A DNA stretch of 64,000 nt from a virus (IMGVR_UViG_3300050336_000035:64001-128000); one strand, 5' to 3'. Positions 33,265-44,598 are shown, counted from the first letter of the stretch. Numbers and translations: made by a program. Notes: generated by a model from the sequence alone, not told the origin.

Positions 33265-36200
33265 ATGAATATTTATACAGTTTATCATTTACATGATGAT
33301 ACAAGTAATTGTAATGGGTATGCCGATTCGTGTTCAAACTTTAAAGAATATATTAAGTTAGCTAAAAAACAAGGAATGAAAGCTATTGCGTTCTCAAACC
33401 ACGGCGGCATATACGATTGGATAAAGAAAAAACAAGAATGTGATAAAGCAGGATTAAAATATATTCATGGTATAGAACTTTATTTATGTAATAAGTTGCA
33501 AGATGATGATAGAGGTGGACATATTGGTTTATATGCTAAAAATTGGGATGGAGTTCTAGAATTAAATAATCTTATATCTGTTTCGACAAGTAAAGGTGTT
33601 AATTCAGATAATTCTGATAGACATATGTATTATAATCCAAGAATATCACTTGATGAAATTATGAATACTAGTGATAGTATAATAATAACATCAGCTTGCT
33701 TAGCATCTCCTTTAAATAAATGGGATACTCCAGAAAAACATCAAGAGTATGAATTATTATTAAACTGGATGATACAAAATAAACACAGATGTTTTTTAGA
33801 AGTTCAATATCATAATAATATTCACCAAATTGCATTTAACAAAAAATTATATCAAATAAGTTTAGATACTGGAATTCGTTTAATAGCTGGTACTGATACC
33901 CACTCTTCTTCTAAATATAAAGCTGAATGTAGAAAGATACTTCAAAAATCTAAAGATAGTTTTTACGGTGAAGAAGATGAATTTGATTTAACTTGGAAAA
34001 CTTATGATGAGTTAATTCAATGTTTTAAAGAACAAAATTCTCTACCAGAAGAAGTATATTTACAAGCTATTGAAAATACAAACGTTTTAGCAAATATGGT
34101 TGAAGACTTTAAATTGGATAAAACATTTAAATATCCTACATTATATGGTGATAATGTTAGACAACAATGGCAGAAATTAATTCTTTCTAAATTCAGCGAA
34201 AAAAAGAAGCTTGGTATTATTGATTGTTCACGAATAGAAGATTATAAAAAACATATTAGCGAAGAATTTTCTGTAATGTGTAAGTTGGGAATGGAAAGCT
34301 TTATGATGTTTATGTCTGAACTGTTATCATGGTGTACAGAAAATAATATTCCATATGGAACTGGTAGGGGTTCAGTGTGTGGCAGTGTTATTGCTTATTT
34401 AACTGACATTACAGATGTTGACCCTATAAAGTGGAATACAGTTTTTTCTAGATTTTGTAATGCTGATAGAATATCTTTAGGTGACATAGATGTGGATTTT
34501 GCACCAGAAGATAGAATAAAAGTTTATGAGTATATAATAAAAAGATTTACACCTGAAAAAACAGCTTACATAGCCGCCTTTTCCACATTAAAAGACAGAG
34601 GTTGTATTGATGTTCTTGCAAAAGGTCTTAACTATAAAGATTTAGACAAAGTAATGAGTATTAAGAATCAATTTGAAGAGCTATATAAATCATACGGTAA
34701 GATAATGCAAGAAGAAGTTAATATTGAGGAACTTGTTGAAAATGGTGAAGTTGAATCAAGTGGAATAGATTTTGAATATCACAATGTTTATTTGAGTCAC
34801 ATTAACAATGAAAGTGCAAAGCACAAAGCGGATTCTTTAAAAAATACATATAATAATCTTATTGCTGAAAATTCAGATTTATTTTACTATTTGGATGGAT
34901 TAAAAGGAACAATAATAGCAAAAGGTAGTCATCCAAGTGGAATAATTGGTTCACCAATTACACTAGCAGACAATATAGGTCTCTTTTATAAAGATGGTGA
35001 TATTAATATGCCAGTATCCACATGTGCAATGAAATCAGTTGATTCTTTAAACTATGTAAAGTTTGATATTTTAGGTTTAAAAACAGTTGGTATTATTAAA
35101 GATGCTTGTAGATATTTAAATATACCATATCCTAAATCACATTTAGTTAATTGGGATGATGAAAAAGTATGGGATAATATGATACTATCTCAACAAGGAG
35201 TATTTCAATTTGAAGGTGATTATGCTCATAGATTATTAAAAGATTTTAAACCTCATACAATTAATCATATGTCAATGGTTAATGCCGCATTACGCCCATC
35301 TGGTAAATCATACAGAGATAGATTGATAGCAGGAGAATTTAATAATAATCCTTCAGAAGAAATAGATAATTTGTTGAAAGATAATAATGGTTATTTAATA
35401 TTTCAAGAAGATACTATTAAGTTTTTAACAGATATTTGTGATTTTACTGGTTCAGCAGCAGATACTACAAGAAGAGCTATAGGAAAAAAAGATAAAGAAT
35501 TATTAAAACAGCAATTACCTAAAATATTAGAAGGATATTGTAAACATTCTAGTAAACCTAAAGAAATAGCCGAAGAAGAAGCCAAACAGTTTATTAAAAT
35601 AGTTGAGGACAGTTCAGAATATCAATTTGGATATAATCATTCTACTGCTTATTCAATGAATGGATATGAATGTGTGATGCTAAGAACATACTATCCGTTA
35701 GAATTTATCACAGCATATCTTAATAGGGCTGAGAACAATGATGATATTAATAATGGTGTGGATTTAGCAAAACAGTTTGATATTCATGTTAAACCCATTA
35801 AATTTAGATATTCGAAAGCAGAATATGCTATAGATAGAGATACTAATACAATATATAAAGGTATATCTTCAATTAAGTATTGTTCAGAACAAATTGCTGA
35901 AGAGTTATATCTACTAAAAGATAACATCTATAACTTTTTCTCTGAGTTATTAATTGATATTAGCTCAAAAACTACGGTTAACTCAAAACAGTTAAGAATA
36001 CTTACATTATTAAATTTCTTTTCTGAATTTGGAAAAACAAAAAAACTATTAACTATTATAGATATGTTTGATAATGTTTATGGTAGAAAGCAGATTAAAT
36101 TTGCAGATATAGAAAAACTTAATATTCCAATTAATTTAATTGAAGAATTTTCAAAAAGTAAAACCGAAAAAATGTATAAAAATATTGATACTATTGGTAT

Positions 36201-36576
36201 TTTAAAGAAATATGAAAGTTCTGTTGAAAATAAAGGTATATCATTAAAAGAAAGATTACAATATGAATTTGAGTATTTAGGTTATATCGAATATATAAAT
36301 AATGAAGTTTCAAACAATCTATTTTATGTCCTTGAACTAAAAACTTATGCTGATAAAACTAAACCTTATTTACAATTATACAGAATAAATAATGGTGAAA
36401 CAATTTCAGCAAAAATTACAAAAGGTCAAATATTTATAGATAATCCATTTAATAGTAAAGCAGTATTATTAATTAAAAAGTTATCATTAAGACCTAAATC
36501 TAAATTAGTTAATGGTAAATGGGAAAAGTCATTAACCGAGTTTGATAATATAATTGAAGATTATGATGTATATTAA
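33265..36576 (+). CDS. dnaE: DNA polymerase III alpha subunit (C family)
   Basis: PHP domain (HLH...NHG...E...DTH), GRGS..GS, DIDVDF, KFDILGL, GVFQFE, Y.FN..H. Confidence 0.96.
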   Translation: MNIYTVYHLHDDTSNCNGYADSCSNFKEYIKLAKKQGMKAIAFSNHGGIYDWIKKKQECDKAGLKYIHGIELYLCNKLQDDDRGGHIGLYAKNWDGVLELNNLISVSTSKGVNSDNSDRHMYYNPRISLDEIMNTSDSIIITSACLASPLNKWDTPEKHQEYELLLNWMIQNKHRCFLEVQYHNNIHQIAFNKKLYQISLDTGIRLIAGTDTHSSSKYKAECRKILQKSKDSFYGEEDEFDLTWKTYDELIQCFKEQNSLPEEVYLQAIENTNVLANMVEDFKLDKTFKYPTLYGDNVRQQWQKLILSKFSEKKKLGIIDCSRIEDYKKHISEEFSVMCKLGMESFMMFMSELLSWCTENNIPYGTGRGSVCGSVIAYLTDITDVDPIKWNTVFSRFCNADRISLGDIDVDFAPEDRIKVYEYIIKRFTPEKTAYIAAFSTLKDRGCIDVLAKGLNYKDLDKVMSIKNQFEELYKSYGKIMQEEVNIEELVENGEVESSGIDFEYHNVYLSHINNESAKHKADSLKNTYNNLIAENSDLFYYLDGLKGTIIAKGSHPSGIIGSPITLADNIGLFYKDGDINMPVSTCAMKSVDSLNYVKFDILGLKTVGIIKDACRYLNIPYPKSHLVNWDDEKVWDNMILSQQGVFQFEGDYAHRLLKDFKPHTINHMSMVNAALRPSGKSYRDRLIAGEFNNNPSEEIDNLLKDNNGYLIFQEDTIKFLTDICDFTGSAADTTRRAIGKKDKELLKQQLPKILEGYCKHSSKPKEIAEEEAKQFIKIVEDSSEYQFGYNHSTAYSMNGYECVMLRTYYPLEFITAYLNRAENNDDINNGVDLAKQFDIHVKPIKFRYSKAEYAIDRDTNTIYKGISSIKYCSEQIAEELYLLKDNIYNFFSELLIDISSKTTVNSKQLRILTLLNFFSEFGKTKKLLTIIDMFDNVYGRKQIKFADIEKLNIPINLIEEFSKSKTEKMYKNIDTIGILKKYESSVENKGISLKERLQYEFEYLGYIEYINNEVSNNLFYVLELKTYADKTKPYLQLYRINNGETISAKITKGQIFIDNPFNSKAVLLIKKLSLRPKSKLVNGKWEKSLTEFDNIIEDYDVY

Positions 36577-36579
36577 AAA

Positions 36580-38916
36580 TTGAAAGGATTGATTAAAATT
36601 AAAAATAAAAACACCGTTTCATTTAGATATGTTCCATTAAAGCAGAATTATCCCAAAACTTTTTCTATGAATATGTTTAATGAATTTAGTGAAGAAGAAA
36701 ATGAAACCACTTCTGAAATAACTTATAGAATATATGCTGGCGAAAGTAGAGATGATAATGTAAAATACAACTCTTATTACAATGTTAGTATACTTGGTAA
36801 TTTGCCAGAGTTAACTATAGGTGTAGATTATGATGTGGTAGCAGTAGAAGAAGAAAAGAATAATGAGCCACAATATAAAGTTGTGTCAATTAAAAGAAGA
36901 AAACCTATGAATGGAGATGGTGTTAGATTGTTTTTGTCTGAGATATTAACACCATCTCAGGTTGAACAAATTATGACACATTATCCAAATATTATAGATA
37001 TAGTTTCAGAAGGAAAAACAAGTACAATAGATATAACTAAGTTACATGGTATAGGAAATTATATATTAAAGGTAATCGAAAGAAAAATATTAGAAAATTT
37101 TAAATTTGCTGAAATTATTGCAGAATTTGAAGGATTATTAAGTTTTGAAATTCTTAAAAAATTATCTGAAGAATATACATCTATCGAAGAAATAAAAAAA
37201 GAAATTAAAAATAATCCTTATGAGTGTCTAACAGACTTAAGTAGAATTGGATTTAAAATTGCTGATAAAACCATAATAAACTTTGATAAAGAGTGTAAGA
37301 AAAAAATTAAGAATGGTGAAAATCCTCCAATTACTTTTGATTATGATATTTTAACATCAAAACAACGTGCGTATGCTTGTGTAGAATATCTTATTAGTGA
37401 AAATGAAAATAATGGACATACCAAAATGTTAACTGAAGACTTAATTAAATCAGTTAAAGATTTAGCCCCTGAGTGTTTTTCTCATATTTTAAATGTCTTA
37501 AAAGATAAAAGTAAGTTTGTTTTAAAGACTCCTTATGTAGCAAGAAAAAACACATATGAAACAGAATTATTTATAGCAGAAACTTTAAAATTCGCTTTAA
37601 AAGAAGATAATAATATTAAGTGGGATATTAATATAAGTAAATATCAAAAAGATTTTAATTTAACTGATGAACAATTTAGTATTTTAAAAAATGTATGTGA
37701 AAATAATATTTGCGTTTTAAATGGAGCAGGTGGTACAGGAAAATCATTTACTATAAAAGCTATTCTTCAAATGTTAAAAGATAATAACATTGATAATTAT
37801 TTATTAGCTTCTCCAACAGGTAAAGCAGCAAAAGTAATAAAAGCGTATACTGGGGAAGATGCAAGAACAGTTCATAGAACTTTAGGTGCAAAAGGGGATA
37901 ATATATTTGAATATAATGAAGAACATAAATTAGAAGTAGATATTATATTTATTGATGAGTTTTCCATGATGGATATATTTTTAACTAAACATTTATTTGA
38001 AGCAATAGATTTTACGAAAACCAAATTAGTATTAATTGGAGATTCTGCACAGCTCCCTTCTGTATCATGTGGAAATGTATTTCATGATATATTACAAAGT
38101 GATATACCTAAAACTACACTAACTAAAGTTTTTAGATATGGAATCGGTGGGATATCAACCGTTGCAACTAATACAAGATTAAGAAAAGAAACTATCACAA
38201 ATGAATATGATAAACAGGTTGTATTAGGTGAAGATAAAGCATATGTTTATTTTAATATGTCACAAGATAAAATTATAAAAAGTATGCTTACATTATATAA
38301 AAAACTACTAGAAACAATTCCTCCTGAAAATATCAGTGTTTTAACAAGTTATAACAAGGGTGACTATGGAACAATCCTTATCAATAATTATCTTCAAAAT
38401 ATAGCAAATCCAAAATCTAAACAAAAAGATGAACCATTTGTAAGAGTTGTAGACACTAAATTTTATATAAATGACATAGTAATGCAGAATGTTAATAATT
38501 ATAAAGCTATAGTATTTATAGATGATATAGAAACTTCATTAAAACAAAAATGTCAAACATTTATATCAAATGGTGATGTAGGTAAAATAATTGATTTAGA
38601 TACTCAAAAACAAATAGCAGTAATAAAATTTGATGATGCTATTGTGGTATATACTGTTAAACAATTATATGATTGTAGATTAAGTTACATATATACAATA
38701 CACAAATCTCAGGGAAGTCAAAATAACACAATAATTCTTTTAACTCCAAAAGCACATACATATATGTTAAATTCAAACTTAATATATGTAGGGGTAACTA
38801 GAGCAACAAATAGAGTTTATCATTTTGGAGAATTAGAAACATTTAATCGTGCTGTTAAGATAAAGGCTAATTTTGATAGGTTGACATTCTTGCAAGATTT
38901 ATTAACCGATTTATAA
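36580..38916 (+). CDS. recD2: RecD2-like ATP-dependent helicase
   Basis: GAGGTGKS, SPTGKAA, IDEFSM, GD.AQLPSV, TIHKSQGS, YV..TRA. Confidence 0.92.
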   Translation: MKGLIKIKNKNTVSFRYVPLKQNYPKTFSMNMFNEFSEEENETTSEITYRIYAGESRDDNVKYNSYYNVSILGNLPELTIGVDYDVVAVEEEKNNEPQYKVVSIKRRKPMNGDGVRLFLSEILTPSQVEQIMTHYPNIIDIVSEGKTSTIDITKLHGIGNYILKVIERKILENFKFAEIIAEFEGLLSFEILKKLSEEYTSIEEIKKEIKNNPYECLTDLSRIGFKIADKTIINFDKECKKKIKNGENPPITFDYDILTSKQRAYACVEYLISENENNGHTKMLTEDLIKSVKDLAPECFSHILNVLKDKSKFVLKTPYVARKNTYETELFIAETLKFALKEDNNIKWDINISKYQKDFNLTDEQFSILKNVCENNICVLNGAGGTGKSFTIKAILQMLKDNNIDNYLLASPTGKAAKVIKAYTGEDARTVHRTLGAKGDNIFEYNEEHKLEVDIIFIDEFSMMDIFLTKHLFEAIDFTKTKLVLIGDSAQLPSVSCGNVFHDILQSDIPKTTLTKVFRYGIGGISTVATNTRLRKETITNEYDKQVVLGEDKAYVYFNMSQDKIIKSMLTLYKKLLETIPPENISVLTSYNKGDYGTILINNYLQNIANPKSKQKDEPFVRVVDTKFYINDIVMQNVNNYKAIVFIDDIETSLKQKCQTFISNGDVGKIIDLDTQKQIAVIKFDDAIVVYTVKQLYDCRLSYIYTIHKSQGSQNNTIILLTPKAHTYMLNSNLIYVGVTRATNRVYHFGELETFNRAVKIKANFDRLTFLQDLLTDL

Positions 38917-39180
38917 ATATTAAAATAATATATTGACAACTTTTTAGAAAAGGAATATACTGATAATGGAAATACAAAATATCAAATGCCAATACATAAT
39001 GGAAAATAAGGATAGATATATAGTAAGTAAGGAAGATGGCAAATGGGTGCTTCATTTGGTTGATAGTGATCACCCTAATGGGAAATTTTTGACAAGGAAT
39101 AAGGATATTGAAAAGATATGGGAGAGAATACCAGAAGGTATGACTTAAAAACAAGATATAATATGATTTATAGAAATTTC

Positions 39181-39245
39181 AATTTTGAAACCCACTAATA
39201 TCAAGGGCTTCGGGACACGAAAAGTGAATAGAAAGCACATTTTAT
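39181..39245 (+). repeat. Extended junction element (AAACCC...AAGGG hairpin + AC.C.AAAAGTGA + core site), copy 1 of 3
   Basis: Aligns without gaps with 49116-49180 and 58565-58629. Confidence 0.65.
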
Positions 39246-40593
39246 TGTTTTGTTAAAATAATTTGAAAGGAGTACATAATGAATAATATTGAATATGCTT
39301 GCCAAAGAATTGGAATAGACGAAAAACAATTAAAAATATTATTTGAATCTATAGTTGGAAATAAATTAGAAATCCCTGAAAAGATATATATATTTCATCA
39401 TTGTAAAACCATTCCAGATATGATTTATGACAGATATAATTGGGAGGTAACTGATGGTAAAGACACTACTTTATACTTAGGAGACTTTGACGGACTTAGT
39501 GATTTTCTATATAGAAATAAACATATAATAAATGATTTTGAAGATATGTCTGATTGGAGCATGAATAAAGTAATTAAAAATATTTTAACTAATACAAATA
39601 AATTTTTAAAAACAACATAAAAGACAAATTTTATAATGTTTAAGAAAGGAGATAAGCAATATGTTTTGGACTAAGAAAAATAAAGTAGAAGTAAACCATA
39701 TAAGAGTATGTGAAGTTAATCAAGGGTTGCCTGAGTGTAATAGTGTTAATAAACTTAGAGAATATCAGCAACAACTCAAAAATATAAAAAATTCTTCATT
39801 AACTGATATCTCTGCAAAATACTTGAATGTTGTTAATGATAGTTATTTAAGAAGTGAGTTATATTGTATTGAAGTTATATTAAATCAATTAATTCGTCGA
39901 ACAGATAATACATATATTAATTTTGAAGAAAGATTTAAAGCTTTCGGAAAAGAAATTGATGACTATATAAAGAAAGATTGTATAATAGATGATTTAATTA
40001 AGAAAATAAAAGTTGAGAAAAACATATTAGGAATTGAATAGAATTCAGTATTTATAGCATTTAAATTGGAGGTTTTTTATGAAAATTTGTAACAACACAA
40101 CAGGAATACGTGATTGTAATGATAAATATTATAAATATGGGTTATGTATTAAGAATAGAAAATGTAAAGATTCTTTATTTGTAAATGAAAATGTTATTAA
40201 ACAATTGATAATTGAAAAATGTGAATATAATAAAATATTTGCTGATTGTATAGATAATCTTATTTATGAAGCAAAAACAATATGAAATGCCGTTTTTATT
40301 TTACATGAAAGGAATGAAGTTTTTATGGAAGGATTTGTTATTGATATAAATAAATTTAATCCAACACCTGATTATCAAGATTTTAAAAAAATAGATGAAA
40401 CTATAAATTATTTATTAATAAAAAGAATACCATTTGTTACAACTCAAGATATAATAGTTTTTCATGAAGATATTTACTTGAAATATAAAGATAATATAAA
40501 TTATTGTGTTAATGAATTACAAAATGAATTTTTAACAGAAACAATTAAAAAAATATAAAGCATATAAAATGCGTTTCATCAAAAGGAGAAAAC

Positions 40594-40914
40594 ATGATAA
40601 AGTATAAAGGGTTAAAATATAGAAAATTCATTAACTTTATTAATAAAGAGTTGCCAACATTTAATATTATAAAGTTAAAATTATTAAAAGGTTATGACAC
40701 AATTGAAGTTAATAAAACTGATAAAGTTTTTGCTCTTTATTATGTTGAAGAGAAAGCAATATACTTACCAACATCAAATGAGGAAGAAATTACATATACA
40801 AATTTAGCCCATGAATATGTTCATGCATGGCAAGACGAGAACAATAAAGACTTTAGTGAAGAAGAAGCCGAATTAAAAGCAAGTGAATTATATAATAAGT
40901 TTAAAATAAGATAA
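40594..40914 (+). CDS. Small zincin-like metallopeptidase-fold protein
   Basis: LAHEYVHAWQ (HExxH) with downstream E..A. Confidence 0.65.
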   Translation: MIKYKGLKYRKFINFINKELPTFNIIKLKLLKGYDTIEVNKTDKVFALYYVEEKAIYLPTSNEEEITYTNLAHEYVHAWQDENNKDFSEEEAELKASELYNKFKIR

Positions 40915-40916
40915 AA

Positions 40917-41666
40917 ATGTGTTTTTATTTAAAAAGGAGAAAAGAGGATATAATGATAAAAGTAGGAATTACTGAACGTGGAGATGCAGGATTAGATTTC
41001 TCATGGGTAAACAAATTACTTGATGTAAACATTATTATTACTAAGAATTTAAATGATATAATAATTCAACATCTTATTGATAATAAAAATAAAATAATAT
41101 TACATATGACTTGTACTGGACTTGGAGCAACAAAAGTAGAACCTAATGTTCCCAATGTGAAATTTACTCACAATCAAATATTAAAACTAATTGATAGTGG
41201 ATTTCCTGTAAATCAAATTGTTTTAAGAGTAGACCCTATTATACCATTACAAATTACATTAGAGCAAAGGGTTAAAAAAGTATTAGATTTATTTAAAGAT
41301 ACAGGAATTAAGAGGGTTAGATATTCATTTTTAGATATGTATCCGCATGTAAAAGAAAGATTAACAAAAGCAGGATTGAATTTACCATATAATACATTTT
41401 GTTGTCCAAATTATATGAAAGAAGATGCTTTAAAGTTGTTAAAAGAATATGAAAATATTTATGAATTTGAAGCATGTGCTGAAAACACCTTTCATCAATT
41501 AGGATGCATTTCACAAAAGGATTTTGATATTTTAGGGATTGAAGAAAAAGCAATACCATCAGGATATCAAAGAAAAGGCTGTTTGTGTATAGCTGGTAAA
41601 ACTGAATTGTTGACCAATAAAAAGAAATGTCCTCATGGATGTTTGTATTGTTACTGGAAAGGATAA
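40917..41666 (+). CDS. DUF1848-like radical-SAM/SPL-related protein (likely start 40953)
   Basis: TKN, EPNVP, R.DPI and C-terminal CPHGCLYCY. Confidence 0.7.
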   Translation: MCFYLKRRKEDIMIKVGITERGDAGLDFSWVNKLLDVNIIITKNLNDIIIQHLIDNKNKIILHMTCTGLGATKVEPNVPNVKFTHNQILKLIDSGFPVNQIVLRVDPIIPLQITLEQRVKKVLDLFKDTGIKRVRYSFLDMYPHVKERLTKAGLNLPYNTFCCPNYMKEDALKLLKEYENIYEFEACAENTFHQLGCISQKDFDILGIEEKAIPSGYQRKGCLCIAGKTELLTNKKKCPHGCLYCYWKG

Positions 41667-42002
41667 TGTAATAAAATTGGGATTCTACGCTAAAAAGAGA
41701 GGATGAAATAATATGAGTGAAATAAGTATTGGAGAAGAAAATTATAACTATTTTACAAATGGAAGATATAAAGCAAATAATTCTCCAAAAGCAAAAAGTA
41801 TTAAAAAGAAATTAGAAGATAATGGTCATACTAATGTTTTTGTATGGTATGAAAAGCTAGGTAAAGCAATGGAAATGTGTGGTTGTAGTGGAGGATATAT
41901 GTATACTTCTGACCAAAGTCCAATAGAACCTATAGGATATTCCTTTGATGAGGCAATGATAACAATAGAGAAAAAATGGCATAAGATATCAAAATAATTG
42001 TG

Positions 42003-42093
42003 ATAAATTCTCAGATTCATTCACTTTTTAAAAGTGATTTGTGGTATCTGAACTAACGTCCGCTTAACCAACAAGCATATTGAATCAATGCTT
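42003..42093 (-). ncRNA. Putative guide/omega-RNA scaffold, left end of cassette 2
   Basis: Two substitutions relative to the cassette-1 left scaffold; minus-strand promoter TTGACA(42129-42124)-17-TATACT(42106-42101). Confidence 0.7.
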
Positions 42094-42271
42094 AGTTATA
42101 AGTATAAGGAATATTGTGGCAAATGTCAATAAGTTTTACTAATACTTAATTAATATTAAAATAATATCTATTGACAATACCGTTTAATTAATATATACTA
42201 ATAATTGTAAAAGCAACATCTCTTCCGAACCATTACATAATAATGTATAATTAATATGGGAGAGTGATGAT

Positions 42272-42433
42272 ATGCCAAAGTTTAAAAATAATCATATTGG
42301 ATTTAATGTAAGTGATAAATTAAAGAAAAAGACAGAAGAAGTTTCTAAAGAACATGAAATGAGTTTAGCTGATTTTATGAGATACATTTTACAAAAATAT
42401 ATAGATGAATACGAAATCAAGAAAAACAAGTAG
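42272..42433 (+). CDS. Ribbon-helix-helix (CopG-like) regulator (not in ORF track)
   Basis: MPKFKNNHIGFNVSDKLKKKTEEVSKEHEMSLADFMRYILQKYIDEYEIKKNK; promoter TTGACA(42171)-17-TATACT. Confidence 0.75.
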   Translation: MPKFKNNHIGFNVSDKLKKKTEEVSKEHEMSLADFMRYILQKYIDEYEIKKNK

Positions 42434-42603
42434 ATATTAAGAGCAATAATATTCTAGTTTAGCTTATTCGGTTTATATTAAGATATTTAACCTGTTTTAA
42501 TATCGTTAGTAATTTGATATTTAGTAATTATTCCCTTATAATAAAAATGTAAGTTAAAGGTTGCAACCACACTTACCTAAATTATTATAAGGGAGTGTAG
42601 ATT

Positions 42604-43047
42604 ATGGTTAAAATGGATTATGAAAGAAAGTGTGAGTTAAAAAAATTACAACAGTTTCAAGGACACAGAGTTGAAGTTAGTTTTAACACTCATACACATG
42701 ATAACAATGTGATGGTTACATTTGTTTATAACAACTTTGATTTTGATAACGGCGAATACATATTGTGTCTTTTTGATTCAAAGGATGAAACATTGAATGC
42801 TAGACTTGAGAAGAATCTTATAACAACTGTAACAAACATTGATGAAGATATATATCATGATGTTGTACATATTTATACTAATAATTTTATACTCAGCATA
42901 ACAACTCTTGAAGAACCCATACGCCTACCTAGATGTAATCATTGTGGAAATGAAATTGAATATAATGAATATTGGCTTGATGGTGCTTATGGTAGGTTAA
43001 GACTTTGCGAAGATTGTTGTTTGGATTTGTATCCTGATAACGAATAG
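42604..43047 (+). CDS. Conserved partner protein of the TnpB-like gene, C-terminal Zn ribbon
   Basis: Paralog of 15981..16448. Confidence 0.8.
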   Translation: MVKMDYERKCELKKLQQFQGHRVEVSFNTHTHDNNVMVTFVYNNFDFDNGEYILCLFDSKDETLNARLEKNLITTVTNIDEDIYHDVVHIYTNNFILSITTLEEPIRLPRCNHCGNEIEYNEYWLDGAYGRLRLCEDCCLDLYPDNE

Positions 43048-43074
43048 AAAATTAAATAGAAAGGAGGAGTAATC

Positions 43075-44478
43075 ATGGCTACTGAAATGAGAGCAATTAA
43101 ATTCTATTCTAATAATAAAACAACAACTGAAGATTTCAATAAAGGTATTAACTTTCTATCTGAATGCCAAGAAGTTGAAAATGAATTGTTAGAGTATTAT
43201 TGGACTAACTTTACTGAAGTTATTAGAGCGAAATCACAACTTGTTTTTTATAAGAATAGAGTCATGATTACTTCTCCTGCTACAAAATTTCAACACTATC
43301 AACAAATTTTATTTATGGTATTTAGAACACTTAAAAGTTTAGAAGAAAGAATTACTCAAAAAATACATTTTAAATTTGATGATAAAATGAAACAAAGAAT
43401 ATATAACTATTGTAGTAAATTCGTTTTTGATTGGGATAAACTTGAAACATATGTATCTAAACAAATTAAACAGTATAAAAAGAAAGACAAAAAGTATTAT
43501 GACTTCTTAATAGAAGTTCAAAAAATTATTGATAATGAACAGGCTTTTTTAAAACTAAAACAAGATATAGAAAATAAGTTTTGGGATTTAAAAAATAAAA
43601 TTAATCAACCTGTTAAGAAATCTAAGCAAATATGGGCTACAACTTTTCATACTGTAGATATCGAAAAGTATAATGATTATTGGGTATTTGTGATTGACAC
43701 CAATAAATTTTTAAGTCCTCGCAATATGGATAAGTTTAAAATAGTTGTAAGTATTTCTGATTATCACAGAGATATTCTTAATTCCAATACACTTCAAAAT
43801 ACTTTTTCTATTAAGTTAAATGATTATGGTAGAATCGAAATTTTTGGAGCATATGAAATTGATATAAATTATCCAACACCTAATCCTGTTGATACTATTG
43901 GCATAGATATAGGTTTGAAGAAACTTATTACATCATCTGATGGTGAATTTATTGAACAGAATAAAAACATTGTAAAGAAAGCTCAAAAGTTAATTAAGAA
44001 TCAAGCTAATAGACAGAGTTTGGAAGCTCATATGAAAAAGAAATTAGAAGATGAGAATTTTACTTTACCTGATAAAAATTATATGAAGAAACAAAACAAA
44101 TTAAGTAGATTTGTTCAATGTGATAATAGGTATAAAGTTAAACAATTTCTCAAAGGTAGGGAAGATACTCATATCATTATGGAAGATTTGCATTTAAATG
44201 ATGCCAAGACATATAGTAAAGAAGTAAATTATATGTTAAGAAGGATGAAGATACAAGGCATTAAAAATGACATTCTAAAATACACAAAAGAGATGGGCAT
44301 CAAGACTACACAAGTAAATCCTAGATATACGAGTATTGAGTGTCCTATATGTGGCTGTATTGATAAAAAAAATAGACAGACACAAGAAACATTTAAATGT
44401 GTTAAATGTAGTCATACAGATAATGCAGACCACAATGCTAGTATTAATATTGAAAATAAATATTTAAAGGCACAATAA
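43075..44478 (+). CDS. tnpB: TnpB/Cas12f-like RNA-guided endonuclease, RuvC triad intact
   Basis: IGIDIG, IMEDL, CP.CG..C.KC, NADHNAS.NI; 467 aa like copy 1. Confidence 0.88.
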   Translation: MATEMRAIKFYSNNKTTTEDFNKGINFLSECQEVENELLEYYWTNFTEVIRAKSQLVFYKNRVMITSPATKFQHYQQILFMVFRTLKSLEERITQKIHFKFDDKMKQRIYNYCSKFVFDWDKLETYVSKQIKQYKKKDKKYYDFLIEVQKIIDNEQAFLKLKQDIENKFWDLKNKINQPVKKSKQIWATTFHTVDIEKYNDYWVFVIDTNKFLSPRNMDKFKIVVSISDYHRDILNSNTLQNTFSIKLNDYGRIEIFGAYEIDINYPTPNPVDTIGIDIGLKKLITSSDGEFIEQNKNIVKKAQKLIKNQANRQSLEAHMKKKLEDENFTLPDKNYMKKQNKLSRFVQCDNRYKVKQFLKGREDTHIIMEDLHLNDAKTYSKEVNYMLRRMKIQGIKNDILKYTKEMGIKTTQVNPRYTSIECPICGCIDKKNRQTQETFKCVKCSHTDNADHNASINIENKYLKAQ

Positions 44479-44486
44479 TAAATATA

Positions 44487-44573
44487 AGGCTTTAATTTAA
44501 CGCCTATAGTTAAGCGTACATTAGTACAGATACTATAAATCGCTTTTAAAAGTGAATGAATTGTAGGATTTAT
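44487..44573 (+). ncRNA. Putative guide/omega-RNA scaffold, right end of cassette 2
   Basis: AGGC..GCCT-ATAGTTAAGCG-TACATTAGTAC-AGATACTATAAATCGCTTTTAAAAGTGA-ATGAAT. Confidence 0.7.
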
Positions 44574-44598
44574 ATGCTTATTATATAAAATATAAAGT

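Larger units (their letters stand above)
42003..44573. mobile_element. TnpB/Cas12f-like nuclease cassette 2 (no transposase), with inverted RNA-scaffold ends
   Basis: Bounded by ATAAAT-TCTCAG-ATTCAT and ATGAAT-TGTAGG-ATTTAT; paralogous to cassette 1. Confidence 0.75.

Noticed and set aside
33265-36576. Intein or intron in dnaE, nrdD or ligA
   Set aside because: The ORFs are continuous and of normal length, and I saw no splice-junction motifs.
42003-44573. Conventional IS200/IS605 or IS607 element
   Set aside because: There is no HUH/Y1 or serine transposase gene, and the ends are inverted scaffolds tied to the dispersed junction site.
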